42,238 nucleotides of DNA from a virus (IMGVR_UViG_3300032302_000137:1-42238), one strand, 5' to 3'; shown: positions 10,162 to 19,526, counted from the first letter of the stretch. The notes: generated from the sequence alone by a model not told the origin. Made by a program: numbers and translations.

Positions 10162-10419
10162 ATGGTCATCACCGTCTACTCTCTTCCCGCTTCTATCTGC
10201 GTCAGGTGCCGCGCAGTCGAGATCAGCATGAGGCGGAAGGGCATCGAGATCGTCAAGGTCGAGGTGGACAAAGACCCCAAGGCAATGACCTACATTAAAT
10301 CGCTTGGCTACGCGGAAGCACCGGTAATAGTTGTCACTGAGGGTGATGACGTTGTGGATCACTGGTCGGGATACAGCGAGGAGAGGATCACTTCCCTTAA
10401 GGACATGGTGGCTGCATAA
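10162..10419 (+). CDS. nrdH: NrdH-like glutaredoxin
   Basis: ITVYS...CVRC, LGYAEAPVIV, HWSGY. Confidence 0.85.
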   Translation: MVITVYSLPASICVRCRAVEISMRRKGIEIVKVEVDKDPKAMTYIKSLGYAEAPVIVVTEGDDVVDHWSGYSEERITSLKDMVAA

Positions 10420-10604
10420 TGGATGATATGGAGTTCACTAAAGGCGAGAGAGTTACTTGGGCTGACCCAGGCGGGGTCGTCCATGACGGCATTGTCGAAA
10501 GCTATCGGCATGGCTGGGTGATGATTGACCTTGACAAGCCACATGAGACTGAGCAGGGGTGGAGTACCTCAAAGATGATGGTGAGGGCTTCCGATCTTGG
10601 GTAG
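10419..10604 (+). CDS. hypothetical protein (possibly SH3-like)
   Basis: 61-aa ORF with TAATG coupling. Confidence 0.6.
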   Translation: MDDMEFTKGERVTWADPGGVVHDGIVESYRHGWVMIDLDKPHETEQGWSTSKMMVRASDLG

Positions 10605-10636
10605 CAACGAATATAAGCCTGAGGGGGAGGGGGTGA

Positions 10637-10741
10637 ATGAACATGGCCTACATGATTCCTAAAAAGGGTAAGCCGATGGCAAAGCCAGCAGCTTCACCCG
10701 CGAAGCCGAAGATGCCGCCGAAGAAGATGCCAAAGAAGTAA
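10637..10741 (+). CDS. small Lys/Pro-rich basic peptide (34 aa)
   Basis: MNMAYMIPKKGKPMAKPAASPAKPKMPPKKMPKK. G-rich SD upstream, terminator downstream. Confidence 0.5.
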   Translation: MNMAYMIPKKGKPMAKPAASPAKPKMPPKKMPKK

Positions 10742-10752
10742 AAACGCACACG

Positions 10753-10790
10753 AAAAAGCCCCCCGGATTTTCAGTTCCAGGGGGCTTTTT
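10753..10790. terminator. bidirectional intrinsic terminator
   Basis: AAAAAGCCCCC...GGGGGCTTTTT between convergent genes. Confidence 0.85.
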
Positions 10791-10822
10791 CTGTTACACC
10801 AGGGTCCGGGGTGTTACACCTA

Positions 10823-11137
10823 TCAGGCCAGCTTAGAAAGGTTAACCTTGTCTATGGGGCCTTGGCACCGGGTGAGCTTCCACTCTTTGACTGCGGTCTT
10901 TCGCTTGTCCTCGCTGGCCCTTTTTGCTGCACCGCACACTTCGCACCGGCATCCTCTGTCGTAGCCGTAGCGACCGTGTGTGGTGACCTCGCCCGAACGG
11001 TCCTCACGAGCCTTTTCCCTTGCCGAATCTCGACACTTATCGCACTTGCATCCCCAGTACCCGTACCCCGCGGGTGTTCCGTGTCTGGGATCTGACGCTC
11101 CCCGTAGCGGCTTTACCGCTTTGACTGCTTTTCTCAT
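10823..11137 (-). CDS. hypothetical Zn-binding repeat protein
   Basis: Two HG...GY...GC(K/R)CxxC repeats. Confidence 0.7.
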   Translation of the reverse strand: MRKAVKAVKPLRGASDPRHGTPAGYGYWGCKCDKCRDSAREKAREDRSGEVTTHGRYGYDRGCRCEVCGAAKRASEDKRKTAVKEWKLTRCQGPIDKVNLSKLA

Positions 11138-11422
11138 GGCGACGAGGATACACGCGAAGAAACTATTACGTCAACCCCTAGTGACGTACCCGGCTTGGGT
11201 GACAACCGTTTATCTGTTCTCTTCGCGTCATGTTTACCGATTAAACAGGACGATCTTGTAGTATCGGCTATGCCAGGACACGGAGGGTGCAGCGGCTATG
11301 GATATGCCAATCAGTGTCCACTCCTCCGCTGCGCTCCGGAGTGTCCACTACAGGTAAAGGCATTTTTTTGAAGTAGATAGACGCGACACGCAGACTTTAT
11401 CAAACTCTTAGAAAACTCTTAC

Positions 11423-11452
11423 TTGACGTCTTGAGACACCGATGGTTATAGT
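11423..11452 (+). promoter_or_regulatory. SigA-like promoter, probably giving a leaderless mRNA
   Basis: TTGACG-18 nt-TATAGT, with an ATG at 11460 seven nt downstream. Confidence 0.65.
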
Positions 11453-11459
11453 TAACGCT

Positions 11460-12353
11460 ATGACAGCAATCATGGACACCATCAACGGTGTCAAACACAA
11501 GAACGAGGGAGGCGGGGAAGTACCCGCTGACCTGGACATTCGCGTAATGTCAATCTCTTCGGCTCAGGCCGCGCAGATGCTGGAACTTCACAAGGGGCCT
11601 AACCGTCGCACGTCGGACAATCAGGTCTTGAAGTTTCAGGCCGATATGGAAAATGGTCGGTGGCACTTTGAGGGTTCCGGTATCAAGATTTCCAAGAGCG
11701 GCAAGCTCCTCGATGGCAAGCACCGGCTCACGGCCCTCGCCAACACGGTGCCTGCGATGGAAATTTCCTTCGTGGTCATCTCCGGACTTCCCGACGATTC
11801 ACAGTTGTATATGGATCAGGGACAGACCCGCACGGTGGGCCAGCAGTTGGGCCTGCGGAACATCTCCAACGGCACCACCATTGGGGCGGTCGCCAAGCTC
11901 TACCTGGAATGGACCCGCGGACGTTTGTTCCGGGCTTCCAACCGGGGATCCACGAGCAAGCCTGAGCAGACTGAATGGGTAATCTCCCACCAGGACGTTC
12001 TGGCGAAGCTTTCGGAGACGGGCTTCCAGCAGGTTGATGCACCCCCCTCAGTGGTCGGTGCCTTCACCTTGGCGGCGTTGCAGATCAATCCTGCGAGGGC
12101 GGCGAGGTTCATCAGCCAGCTGGTGAGTGGGGCTTCCCTCGCGGAGGGCGATCCCATCCTGGCCCTGGACCGGCGTCTGCGGAACATCCGCCGCTCCGGT
12201 GTCAAGGTGACCCAGCGGGAATACTTGGCCTACTTCATCAAGGCGTGGAACGCCTGGGTGATGGGGGACAGGTTGCAGAAGTTGCAGCTTTCCAATCTCA
12301 CTGAGGAAAGCTTTCCTGAACTTCTGTCCGTGATCGACGCTAGCGATCTCTAA
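11460..12353 (+). CDS. ParB/Srx-like N-terminal domain protein
   Basis: NRR...MENGRW...LLDGKHRLTAL...MDQGQTRT motifs. Confidence 0.75.
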   Translation: MTAIMDTINGVKHKNEGGGEVPADLDIRVMSISSAQAAQMLELHKGPNRRTSDNQVLKFQADMENGRWHFEGSGIKISKSGKLLDGKHRLTALANTVPAMEISFVVISGLPDDSQLYMDQGQTRTVGQQLGLRNISNGTTIGAVAKLYLEWTRGRLFRASNRGSTSKPEQTEWVISHQDVLAKLSETGFQQVDAPPSVVGAFTLAALQINPARAARFISQLVSGASLAEGDPILALDRRLRNIRRSGVKVTQREYLAYFIKAWNAWVMGDRLQKLQLSNLTEESFPELLSVIDASDL

Positions 12354-12365
12354 GGGTGAAACTGA

Positions 12366-12405
12366 TCGGGGGGTGGGGGAATACCCGCCCCCCGATTATT
12401 GTTTT
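12366..12405 (+). terminator. intrinsic terminator
   Basis: ATCGGGGGGTGGG...CCCGCCCCCCGAT followed by a T-rich tail. Confidence 0.7.
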
Positions 12406-12412
12406 ATCTATT

Positions 12413-12691
12413 ATGATGGAGAGCATGGAAGTTGTTGAGATAGTTCCCGGTTGGGGCGTCGAGCTTGAAATCCCCCAGTGCGAACTGCACATTGATGATG
12501 ACTGCGAAAGCCTGTGTACGCATGGCATTCGGGTTCACAACTGCGGTTTCCACTACTCCTGCGAGGAGTGCGCGAAGCAATTCGCTAAGCGTGTCCGTAG
12601 CGGGTTCGGTGATTTCAAGAAGATGCGGTGTGCCGCGTGTAAGCGAGGCTTCACCAACAACAAAAAATATTATCAAATTATTGAGTTGTGA
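12413..12691 (+). CDS. Cys/His-rich (zinc finger-like) hypothetical protein
   Basis: Several Cys/His clusters, including CEEC and CAAC. Confidence 0.6.
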   Translation: MMESMEVVEIVPGWGVELEIPQCELHIDDDCESLCTHGIRVHNCGFHYSCEECAKQFAKRVRSGFGDFKKMRCAACKRGFTNNKKYYQIIEL

Positions 12692-12705
12692 GAGGCAGTA
12701 GCGGC

Positions 12706-13320
12706 GTGGAACTGGACAAATTGGCGGCGGCTGTAGTGAAACTACAATCAATGCTTTCCCCGGTTGACAAGAGTGCGGAGAATCCGTTCTTCAAATCCCG
12801 GTACGCGCCGCTACCGGAGGTCAGGGCGGCACTTCAGCCGCTCCTGGCCTCCTGCGACCTGGCGTTGGTGACGATGCCAATGATTAAGGATGGGACCAAC
12901 GGGTTGCACTTCTACCTGTTTCATTCCAGCGGTCAGTACTTGGACGGCGAGTGGTTGTTGACCCCGGCCCAGCGGACCCCGCAGGGCGAGGGTGCCGACG
13001 TGACGTTTAAGCAGCGGTACGGGATCCAGGCGATCACCGGACTGGTAGCTGATCTTGATGATGACGGCAACGAGGCTTCCAAGCCGGTAACAACTTCGTA
13101 CAGCGCGAAGCTTGCCAAGCCCAAGGCAAAAACTGACAGCCGGTTAGATTTAGCAAAGGCGCGGCTGCGCGAGGCGATAAAGTCATCCGGCGCAAAGGGT
13201 GAGGGCTATGCATGGGTGGCAAAGGCCACCGATAAAGATGCAGAAAAGATTGAGGGCTTGGCAGCTGCCCTTGAGTTGGGTGAGGTGGTAAGTGATTCCA
13301 CTAAAACCATTGCCTCGTAG
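12706..13320 (+). CDS. ERF-family single-strand annealing protein
   Basis: ENPFFKSRYAPL, PQGEGADVTFKQRY...GLVADLDDDGN. Confidence 0.9.
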   Translation: MELDKLAAAVVKLQSMLSPVDKSAENPFFKSRYAPLPEVRAALQPLLASCDLALVTMPMIKDGTNGLHFYLFHSSGQYLDGEWLLTPAQRTPQGEGADVTFKQRYGIQAITGLVADLDDDGNEASKPVTTSYSAKLAKPKAKTDSRLDLAKARLREAIKSSGAKGEGYAWVAKATDKDAEKIEGLAAALELGEVVSDSTKTIAS

Positions 13321-13344
13321 CTGACTGTCCTCTATAACTGTCGG

Positions 13345-13383
13345 ATGCCCAGCTAACCTTCGGGTTGGCTGGGCATTTTCTTT
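13345..13383 (+). terminator. intrinsic terminator with UUCG loop
   Basis: ATGCCCAGCTAACC-TTCG-GGTTGGCTGGGCAT then TTTCTTT. Confidence 0.85.
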
Positions 13384-13504
13384 GGGGTTGCTGTGAACTG
13401 TTCGGGGCACTGGCCTGATCCGGTCCCGTCCAAAAATATAATAGTTAACCATAGAGGGCGTGTCGCGCTTATGGAAAACATTACTTCGCGTCATCATAAC
13501 TGTG

Positions 13505-14380
13505 ATGACCGACTTCAATGTGGAACGGGACGGCTGGGGCCGACCGATGCTATATCCCCCGCGGGGCGGCAAAGCGGTGGCCTATACCAGGGTGTCCACC
13601 ATGGCTAAGTGGACTTCGGATCAGTCCGGTCTAATCAACTGGAAGGCATCCATGGCGATGATCGGCATGGCCCGGTCCAAGCCCATCCAGGCACGGATCG
13701 CCGCCATTGTCGCTCGTACCGAAAACGATCCGTACCGGGAGAACAAGACCGCCCTCAAGGAACTGGTGGAACATGCCACCCAAATCGCTCAGGCCCAGGG
13801 CCGCGCAGACATTGGGACCGCGGTCCACGAGTTCACTGAACTTCTCGACGCTGGAAAGCTTGACTGGCAGTTCGTTCCGGAACAGTTGAAAGCCCCGCTC
13901 GCCGCCTACCGCGAGAAGATGCAGGGGTTTGAGACGGTGGACACTGAGGTTTTCGTAGCCCTCGACGTTGAGGATGACGGCAAGCCGCTGCGGGGAGCCG
14001 GAAGCTTGGACCGCTTAATCCGCCACCCCGAACTTGGCGTGTGTGTGGCAGATATCAAGACCGGTGCAGATGAGCCGACCTATTCGCTGGGTGTCACCAC
14101 GCAGGTTGCGATTTATGCGCGTGGTAGCCGATACCGGGATGCCCGGTTTTCCGGTTCCCCGGCGTTCACGGACGGCGAAGCCAACGCTGATGGCACCGCC
14201 TACCGCAAAGAGCTTCACCCGGAACTGAACAAGTCCGTGGGAATTATGATCCACCTTCCCATTGACCGGGCCGAATGCACTTTGTATGCACTTGACCTTG
14301 ACCGCGGCTGGGACTCCTTGCTGCTGGGTAATCGGATCCAAAAGTCTCGTCGCCCACCGAAACTGAAAAGGATTGACTGA
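13505..14380 (+). CDS. PD-(D/E)XK exonuclease (RecE/Cas4-like)
   Basis: RDGWGRP, YTRVST, GTAVHE, AGSLDRL, ADIKTG, QVAIYA. Adjacent to ERF. Confidence 0.85.
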   Translation: MTDFNVERDGWGRPMLYPPRGGKAVAYTRVSTMAKWTSDQSGLINWKASMAMIGMARSKPIQARIAAIVARTENDPYRENKTALKELVEHATQIAQAQGRADIGTAVHEFTELLDAGKLDWQFVPEQLKAPLAAYREKMQGFETVDTEVFVALDVEDDGKPLRGAGSLDRLIRHPELGVCVADIKTGADEPTYSLGVTTQVAIYARGSRYRDARFSGSPAFTDGEANADGTAYRKELHPELNKSVGIMIHLPIDRAECTLYALDLDRGWDSLLLGNRIQKSRRPPKLKRID

Positions 14381-15071
14381 CGTGACCGACGACGTGATCG
14401 AGGCGTCCGAAGCCGAAGCCGCCTACGATTCCATCGACCTGAGCAAAGCCCTCTCCGAAGCGGAGAAGGCTGCATTTGAGGCCCGGTTATCAGAGCTTCA
14501 GGTAGCCCGGTCAGAGATAGAGCTTCTTGAGGCCCAGATCAACCTGGACTACCAGCTGTCCGGTCTGTTTACATTCCACCGCAGGGTGGAGCAGAAGTCG
14601 ATGAACCGACTGTACCGGTCGATGCGGCTGTGGAACAAGCACAACCCCACCGGGAAGTGGGAAATCTATCTCAACTCTGTCGGCGGTGAAGCGTGGGCCG
14701 GTATTGGCATCATTGATGAGTTGATTGCTCAGTCGATCCGCGGTGGCGGCAACCACGAAATCACCATCAAGGTTCGTGGTGTGGCTGCGTCGGCGGCGGC
14801 GATGATCTTGCAGGCTGCCGACCACCGGGTGATCGGTCGTAACTCTCAGCTGATGATCCACAAGGGTTCTTCCGGAATTCAGGGGACCGCCGACGATATC
14901 GGTGATGAACACGCGTGGTGGGAAGCGAGCGTGAGCCAGATGGTTTCCCTGTTCCTGTCCCGCACGGACAAGATCAGTAAGCGCGAGTTCATGCGGAAGA
15001 TCACTCGCCGCGACTGGTGGCTCAGTGCGGAGGAAGCGGTGGAGATTGGATTCGCTGATGAAATCGGATGA
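14373..15071 (+). CDS. ClpP-like serine protease
   Basis: IYLNSVGG, AASAA (Ser), MIHKG (His), RDWWLSAEEAVEIGFADEI (Asp). Confidence 0.9.
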   Translation: MTDVTDDVIEASEAEAAYDSIDLSKALSEAEKAAFEARLSELQVARSEIELLEAQINLDYQLSGLFTFHRRVEQKSMNRLYRSMRLWNKHNPTGKWEIYLNSVGGEAWAGIGIIDELIAQSIRGGGNHEITIKVRGVAASAAAMILQAADHRVIGRNSQLMIHKGSSGIQGTADDIGDEHAWWEASVSQMVSLFLSRTDKISKREFMRKITRRDWWLSAEEAVEIGFADEIG

Positions 15072-15420
15072 CCTTGTTACCCCGGCTGATATTGAGCGGG
15101 AGATGGTTGACCTGACGAGCCGTATCGACCGCGCCCCCGCCACCTTGAAGGAATATCACGAAAAAGTTAGGGCGGCTAGGCAGGCTCACAAGAGGGCGTA
15201 TGCGCTGGCGTATGCCGCGGCTGTCGGTACCCAGATGGATCGCAAGATGCAGGCCGATTTGGATACCGAAGATACGTTGAAGGAACTTGACAACGCTGAG
15301 ATTTCTTACCGGTTTGTCACCGACACGTTCGACAGCCTTGGCAAGAAACTCCGTGCGCTGCAATCGGTTTCGTCGTTGATGAAGGCAAGTATGTTTGGTA
15401 GCACGACGGGTGGAATGTGA
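15058..15420 (+). CDS. helical hypothetical protein
   Basis: Coiled-coil-like ORF coupled to its neighbours. Confidence 0.65.
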   Translation: MKSDDLVTPADIEREMVDLTSRIDRAPATLKEYHEKVRAARQAHKRAYALAYAAAVGTQMDRKMQADLDTEDTLKELDNAEISYRFVTDTFDSLGKKLRALQSVSSLMKASMFGSTTGGM

Positions 15421-15773
15421 TGGCGTTCTTTAAGAAGAAGATTGTTCCGGTGAGGTCGGTTCATATCCCGCGGGAGCATCAGCACCCTGGGGATTGGATC
15501 ACTGTGCCGTTCCGGTTCGCGGAAGCCGCGAGGATGAGCATCCATACGATTGGCTGTCAGGAGGAGATCCCTGCGGCAGTGAGATATTGGATTGCTCAAT
15601 GGCTTGTCGATTACAACTACCAACTGGTAGCGTATATGAAGAAATATTACGGGCCGGAGATTCTTCCGCTACTCGACCGGATCACCGAAGAGGTTAAGCC
15701 TCCGCAATCGGAATCAAATGGTCAGAGTGCGGAATGGGATCATTGGGAAAGTCAGTTCAGGGAGGACGGCTAG
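15417..15773 (+). CDS. hypothetical protein
   Basis: ORF with overlap coupling. Confidence 0.6.
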   Translation: MMAFFKKKIVPVRSVHIPREHQHPGDWITVPFRFAEAARMSIHTIGCQEEIPAAVRYWIAQWLVDYNYQLVAYMKKYYGPEILPLLDRITEEVKPPQSESNGQSAEWDHWESQFREDG

Positions 15774-16123
15774 TGGGGCGATCATTTGACCGGCACATTG
15801 ATTCAGTTCAGCTGGCATACGAGAGCGCCCTGAGCGTTCCCCTTCGCCTTGCCGAACTCTTACACTCCACCCTTGGCCCCCTAGCCGATCAGCTTGCCGC
15901 TGAGGGCCACGCCTGGGAGCCGATGTTGCGTCGGGTGTTGGCCGAGTACACAGACATGCGGAACTCGATTCTGCGACAGGGGAACGGTCCTTCCGTCCTG
16001 GCTGATATCAAGCACGAAACTTTCCTTGCCGCCGAATGGGTTTGCGATCTAACAACTTTGGCTCTTGACGAAGCGTGTGACTTCGCTGAGTGGGCGACAG
16101 AGGTAAGTGGCGAAACAGCCTGA
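15773..16123 (+). CDS. hypothetical protein
   Basis: GTG overlaps the TAG. SD GGAGG upstream. Confidence 0.6.
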   Translation: MGRSFDRHIDSVQLAYESALSVPLRLAELLHSTLGPLADQLAAEGHAWEPMLRRVLAEYTDMRNSILRQGNGPSVLADIKHETFLAAEWVCDLTTLALDEACDFAEWATEVSGETA

Positions 16124-16451
16124 GCGCCGCTGCCGGGAGCTAGTTGCTGAACGCTCTGGTGGTTTGTGTGAGCGGTGTGGCGTCGCGGCCCACAGTTTCC
16201 ATCACCGGGTGAAGCGTGGGCAGGGTGGTCCCTGGTCCCCGGAGAACATTGTGCATTTGTGTGGTCATGGCACTGTTGGTTGTCACGGCTGGGTGGAGTC
16301 CCATCCGAATGCCGCGGAGGATGAGGGGTTTCATGTTCGACCTTGGCGAGATCCGGAGCGTGTCGGTCTTGTCTATAGAAAACTATTACTGATACGTTTA
16401 TTTCCATCCGGTTCGATGGAAAGGTTGGCAAAGATATGTCACTACCAGTAG
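16107..16451 (+). CDS. HNH endonuclease
   Basis: CERCG...HHRVKRGQGG...NIVHLCG...GCHGWVE. Confidence 0.85.
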   Translation: MAKQPERRCRELVAERSGGLCERCGVAAHSFHHRVKRGQGGPWSPENIVHLCGHGTVGCHGWVESHPNAAEDEGFHVRPWRDPERVGLVYRKLLLIRLFPSGSMERLAKICHYQ

Positions 16452-16822
16452 TCAGCGGCAGAGGGTTTCTCATAAGCCCAGGAGTCGAGTTGAAGTTCGG
16501 CAAGACTGGGACCGCGTATGCGCGACTTCCGTTGTCTTTCAAGAACTCTCGCAAGACTCCGGACGGTTGGACCCATGACAAGGAAATCTTGATCGAGGGC
16601 ACTGTGTTTGGGAAGCTGGCCGAGTACCTGTGCGAGGTTGTAACAACCCAGCAGGAACTGAACTTCTCCGGTGAGGTTTACGTCGAGGAGTACGAGGGCA
16701 AGAAATACATCAAGGCCAACATCCTGAGCGCGTGGCCGGTGAAAGAGGGCGGAAGCTCCGGTGGTTCATTCGCGGGTGCCGGTGCCGGTTCCCGTTCCTC
16801 TGGGGCCGATCTCCCGTTCTGA
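16436..16822 (+). CDS. ssb: single-stranded DNA-binding protein
   Basis: OB-fold pattern (ELKFGKTG; FGKLAE), Gly-rich tail ending in DLPF. Confidence 0.9.
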   Translation: MSLPVVSGRGFLISPGVELKFGKTGTAYARLPLSFKNSRKTPDGWTHDKEILIEGTVFGKLAEYLCEVVTTQQELNFSGEVYVEEYEGKKYIKANILSAWPVKEGGSSGGSFAGAGAGSRSSGADLPF

Positions 16823-16825
16823 TCC

Positions 16826-17296
16826 ATGGATCGCGCAGAGGCCCGGAAAAGGTACGAAGAAACCTTTAGGGACTTCATGGCGGCGTATCCGCGCCGCGTG
16901 GATCATGCTCGTGCATACGACATTTTCCTAGACCTCGTTCTGGATGAGGGGGTGGAACCGTCAATGCTCATTTCCAGGGCCGCATCGTATAGCTCTAACG
17001 TGGACCCCGAAAGCATCAAGTACGTCCCCTCACCCCGAACGTGGTTGCGCGACAGAAGGTTTCACGACGAGGACATTTTCACCGACCGCAAGGTGTCCGC
17101 CAGGGAGTGGTTCATCCGGGCCTACACCGATGCTGACGCGGCAGCGGTGGAGAAGAAGTACGGGTACGTCTATCCAGATCCCCCGATCCCTGACATGCCC
17201 CAGGGCGAGATACGTCAGTGGTGTGAGGACGACCGCAGGAAGTGGGTCGGCCAGATCGCTAACCATGTCCTGAACAATGCACCGTTACCGGAGTGA
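16826..17296 (+). CDS. replication initiator / helicase-loader-like protein
   Basis: FMAAYPRRV...YVPSPRTWL motif typical of phage replisome organiser domains. Precedes the primase-helicase. Confidence 0.6.
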   Translation: MDRAEARKRYEETFRDFMAAYPRRVDHARAYDIFLDLVLDEGVEPSMLISRAASYSSNVDPESIKYVPSPRTWLRDRRFHDEDIFTDRKVSAREWFIRAYTDADAAAVEKKYGYVYPDPPIPDMPQGEIRQWCEDDRRKWVGQIANHVLNNAPLPE

Positions 17297-17297
17297 T

Positions 17298-18779
17298 GTG
17301 CTAGACGCATACAAGAGGTTCATTGACGCGGCCAGGGACAAGGGGCTGACGGTTCAGGAACTCGACGGCAGAGCGATGGCCCAGTGCCCTGCGCACAACG
17401 ACGGCAGGCCGTCGCTGAGCGTGCGCCCCATTGAGGGTTCGGTGTTGCTGTACTGCATGGCCGGGTGCGAAACCCTTGACGTTGTAAAGGGTTTGGATCT
17501 GTCCATGTCGGATCTTTTCGATGACAGTTCCGGATTCTCCTACGAGTATCCCGGTGGCCGGATCGTCAAGCGCACCCCGGACAAGAAATTCATCCAGTCG
17601 GGTAACAAAGCCGACACATCCCTGTACCGGGCAGACCGTATCGGGGATGAGAAAACTGTGTATGTAGTGGAAGGAGAGAAGGATGTTCTCGCTGTTGAAT
17701 CGGTTGGAGGACAGGCTGTTTCAGCACCTAACGGGGCTTCGGCCTCCCCCGACAAGTATGACTGGGAACCCTTACGCGGAAAAACAGTGCGGGTTATCGC
17801 GGACCGCGACAAGGCTGGGGAAAAACGCGCAAAAGGTATCTCGCTGCACCTTGAGGGAATTGCGGACAATGTTTGTATCGTTGACCCAGCGGTAGGGAAG
17901 GACGCCGCGGACCATATCGCTGCCGGGTACGGCCTGGACGATCTTCGGTACCGGCAACCCGCCGATGTAATCACCATGTCGCAGGCGTTCGACTCCTGGC
18001 TGATGTGGCGGGACAGCGAGAAGTCGGAACCGATCCCTACGCCGTGGCAGCCCTTGAACAAGGGGCTGGCCGGTGGGCTGCATCCGGGTCGGCTGTATGT
18101 GGTGGCGGCGCGTACCGGTCAGGGCAAAAGTGTGGCCGGTCAGAACATGGTTTCTTATGCCGTCATGCATGGACACCCCTCGCTGGTTGTCAGCGTGGAG
18201 ATGCCGGTGGTGGAAGTGGTGTCCCGCATCCTCGCGGCGCAGGCCGGTATCGACTACAGCGTTATCACTAAGAGGGAGTTCGGGGAGAACCTGACCGCGG
18301 TGGACGAATACATTCAGGGCCACCGCTCTATGCCGATGTATCTGTGCGATAACCCTGCGGTGACGGTGGAGCAGATCGCGGCGAAGTGCAGGACTCTCAA
18401 GGAAACGACCGGCCTGTCGATGTTGTTCCTCGACTACGCCCAGCTGGTGTCGCCGTCCGACCGTAGGGTGTCCCGTCAGGAGCAGGTAGCCCACATTGTG
18501 AGGGCCACGAAGCTGATCGCCATGGAGTTAGAGATCGCCGTGGTTCTGGCTGCCCAGCTAAATCGAAATGCCGACTCCGAAGTAGACGGACGTACCCCGA
18601 AGGTGTCGGATCTGCGGGAGTCCGGAGAGCTTGAGCAGTCCGCGGACGTGATCCTGCTGCTGCATCAGGAGCCGAACTCGCCGTCGATCATAGTTAACAT
18701 TGCGAAGAACCGGACCGGCCCCCCAAAGTCCATCTCCCTGATCCGCCGCTTCGACCAGGCGAGGTTGGATTCGGTATGA
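17298..18779 (+). CDS. fused DNA primase (Zn + TOPRIM) and DnaB-like helicase
   Basis: CPAHND..PSL...CMAGC, VEGEKD, ADRDKAG, KDAAD. Walker A ARTGQGKS, DYAQL, AQLNR, DLRESGELEQSAD, AKNRTGP. Confidence 0.92.
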   Translation: MLDAYKRFIDAARDKGLTVQELDGRAMAQCPAHNDGRPSLSVRPIEGSVLLYCMAGCETLDVVKGLDLSMSDLFDDSSGFSYEYPGGRIVKRTPDKKFIQSGNKADTSLYRADRIGDEKTVYVVEGEKDVLAVESVGGQAVSAPNGASASPDKYDWEPLRGKTVRVIADRDKAGEKRAKGISLHLEGIADNVCIVDPAVGKDAADHIAAGYGLDDLRYRQPADVITMSQAFDSWLMWRDSEKSEPIPTPWQPLNKGLAGGLHPGRLYVVAARTGQGKSVAGQNMVSYAVMHGHPSLVVSVEMPVVEVVSRILAAQAGIDYSVITKREFGENLTAVDEYIQGHRSMPMYLCDNPAVTVEQIAAKCRTLKETTGLSMLFLDYAQLVSPSDRRVSRQEQVAHIVRATKLIAMELEIAVVLAAQLNRNADSEVDGRTPKVSDLRESGELEQSADVILLLHQEPNSPSIIVNIAKNRTGPPKSISLIRRFDQARLDSV

Positions 18780-19069
18780 AAAAGTGGCACCGGAAAGATG
18801 AATGGGTTGACCTGGCTAGGTGCGTCGATTCAGCCATTCATACGATGGAAAACCCCACTGAAACGGACCGGCTGGAAGCCGAAATAATTTGTGGCGAGTG
18901 CCTAGTTAGACCGGAATGCATTGAGTGGGCGATCAGGGAAAAGGCTTGTTCAGTATTTGTGGCCGGTGTTTATTTGCCCGACCCTTCCGGTAAGCGTGAA
19001 CTAAAATTAATTTATAGTCAATTGGAAAAGTCAATTACTGCTGAGCGTGCTTTGATTGGAGAAATATGA
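18776..19069 (+). CDS. WhiB-family transcription factor (divergent)
   Basis: W..LARC...ICGECLVRPECIEWA; the turn motif is degenerate (VFVAG). Confidence 0.7.
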   Translation: MKKWHRKDEWVDLARCVDSAIHTMENPTETDRLEAEIICGECLVRPECIEWAIREKACSVFVAGVYLPDPSGKRELKLIYSQLEKSITAERALIGEI

Positions 19070-19245
19070 TTAGCAATGGCGCTATTTTTGATCCAGCAGA
19101 TAAGACCCTGGTCATATCGGTCAGGGTTGGGGATGTTTCTGTCTTTCCGGAGAGCGACGGTCGCCTCACCATAGCGGTGAAGAGCCTTGAAGAGGGGATC
19201 GAGATTGTTCACGATGATGAGGAGGCCCTTTGGTGGCCGGTATAA
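19066..19245 (+). CDS. hypothetical protein (59 aa)
   Basis: ATGA overlap and SD GGAG. MISNGAIFDPADKTLV... Confidence 0.55.
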   Translation: MISNGAIFDPADKTLVISVRVGDVSVFPESDGRLTIAVKSLEEGIEIVHDDEEALWWPV

Positions 19246-19526
19246 ATCGGAAGGTCATGGTTCCCGGTAAGTCGCTGGAAGTTTCCTATGTCGCCGGGGG
19301 CGAGACGATCAAAAATTCTGTCATTGCCATCCCGCACGCTGACCGGATCATCATGGTGTTCTACGCCAAGGAATCCGGACCGCCTTCTGCCTGGTCAATG
19401 ACCATAGATGAGGCCCGAAAGTTCGCGGGTGATGTGAAAGAGGCGTACCAGGCGATTGCCGATGACGCACAGATCGCTCAGCTAGAGAAGGAGTTCGGAG
19501 GTTTAGATGAAGGAGATCGAACCTAA
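19230..19526 (+). CDS. hypothetical protein
   Basis: SD GAGGAGG, coupled ORF. Confidence 0.6.
   Translation: MVAGINRKVMVPGKSLEVSYVAGGETIKNSVIAIPHADRIIMVFYAKESGPPSAWSMTIDEARKFAGDVKEAYQAIADDAQIAQLEKEFGGLDEGDRT

Noticed and set aside
13505-14380. Cas4 as evidence of CRISPR
   Set aside because: It is a stand-alone phage exonuclease paired with ERF.
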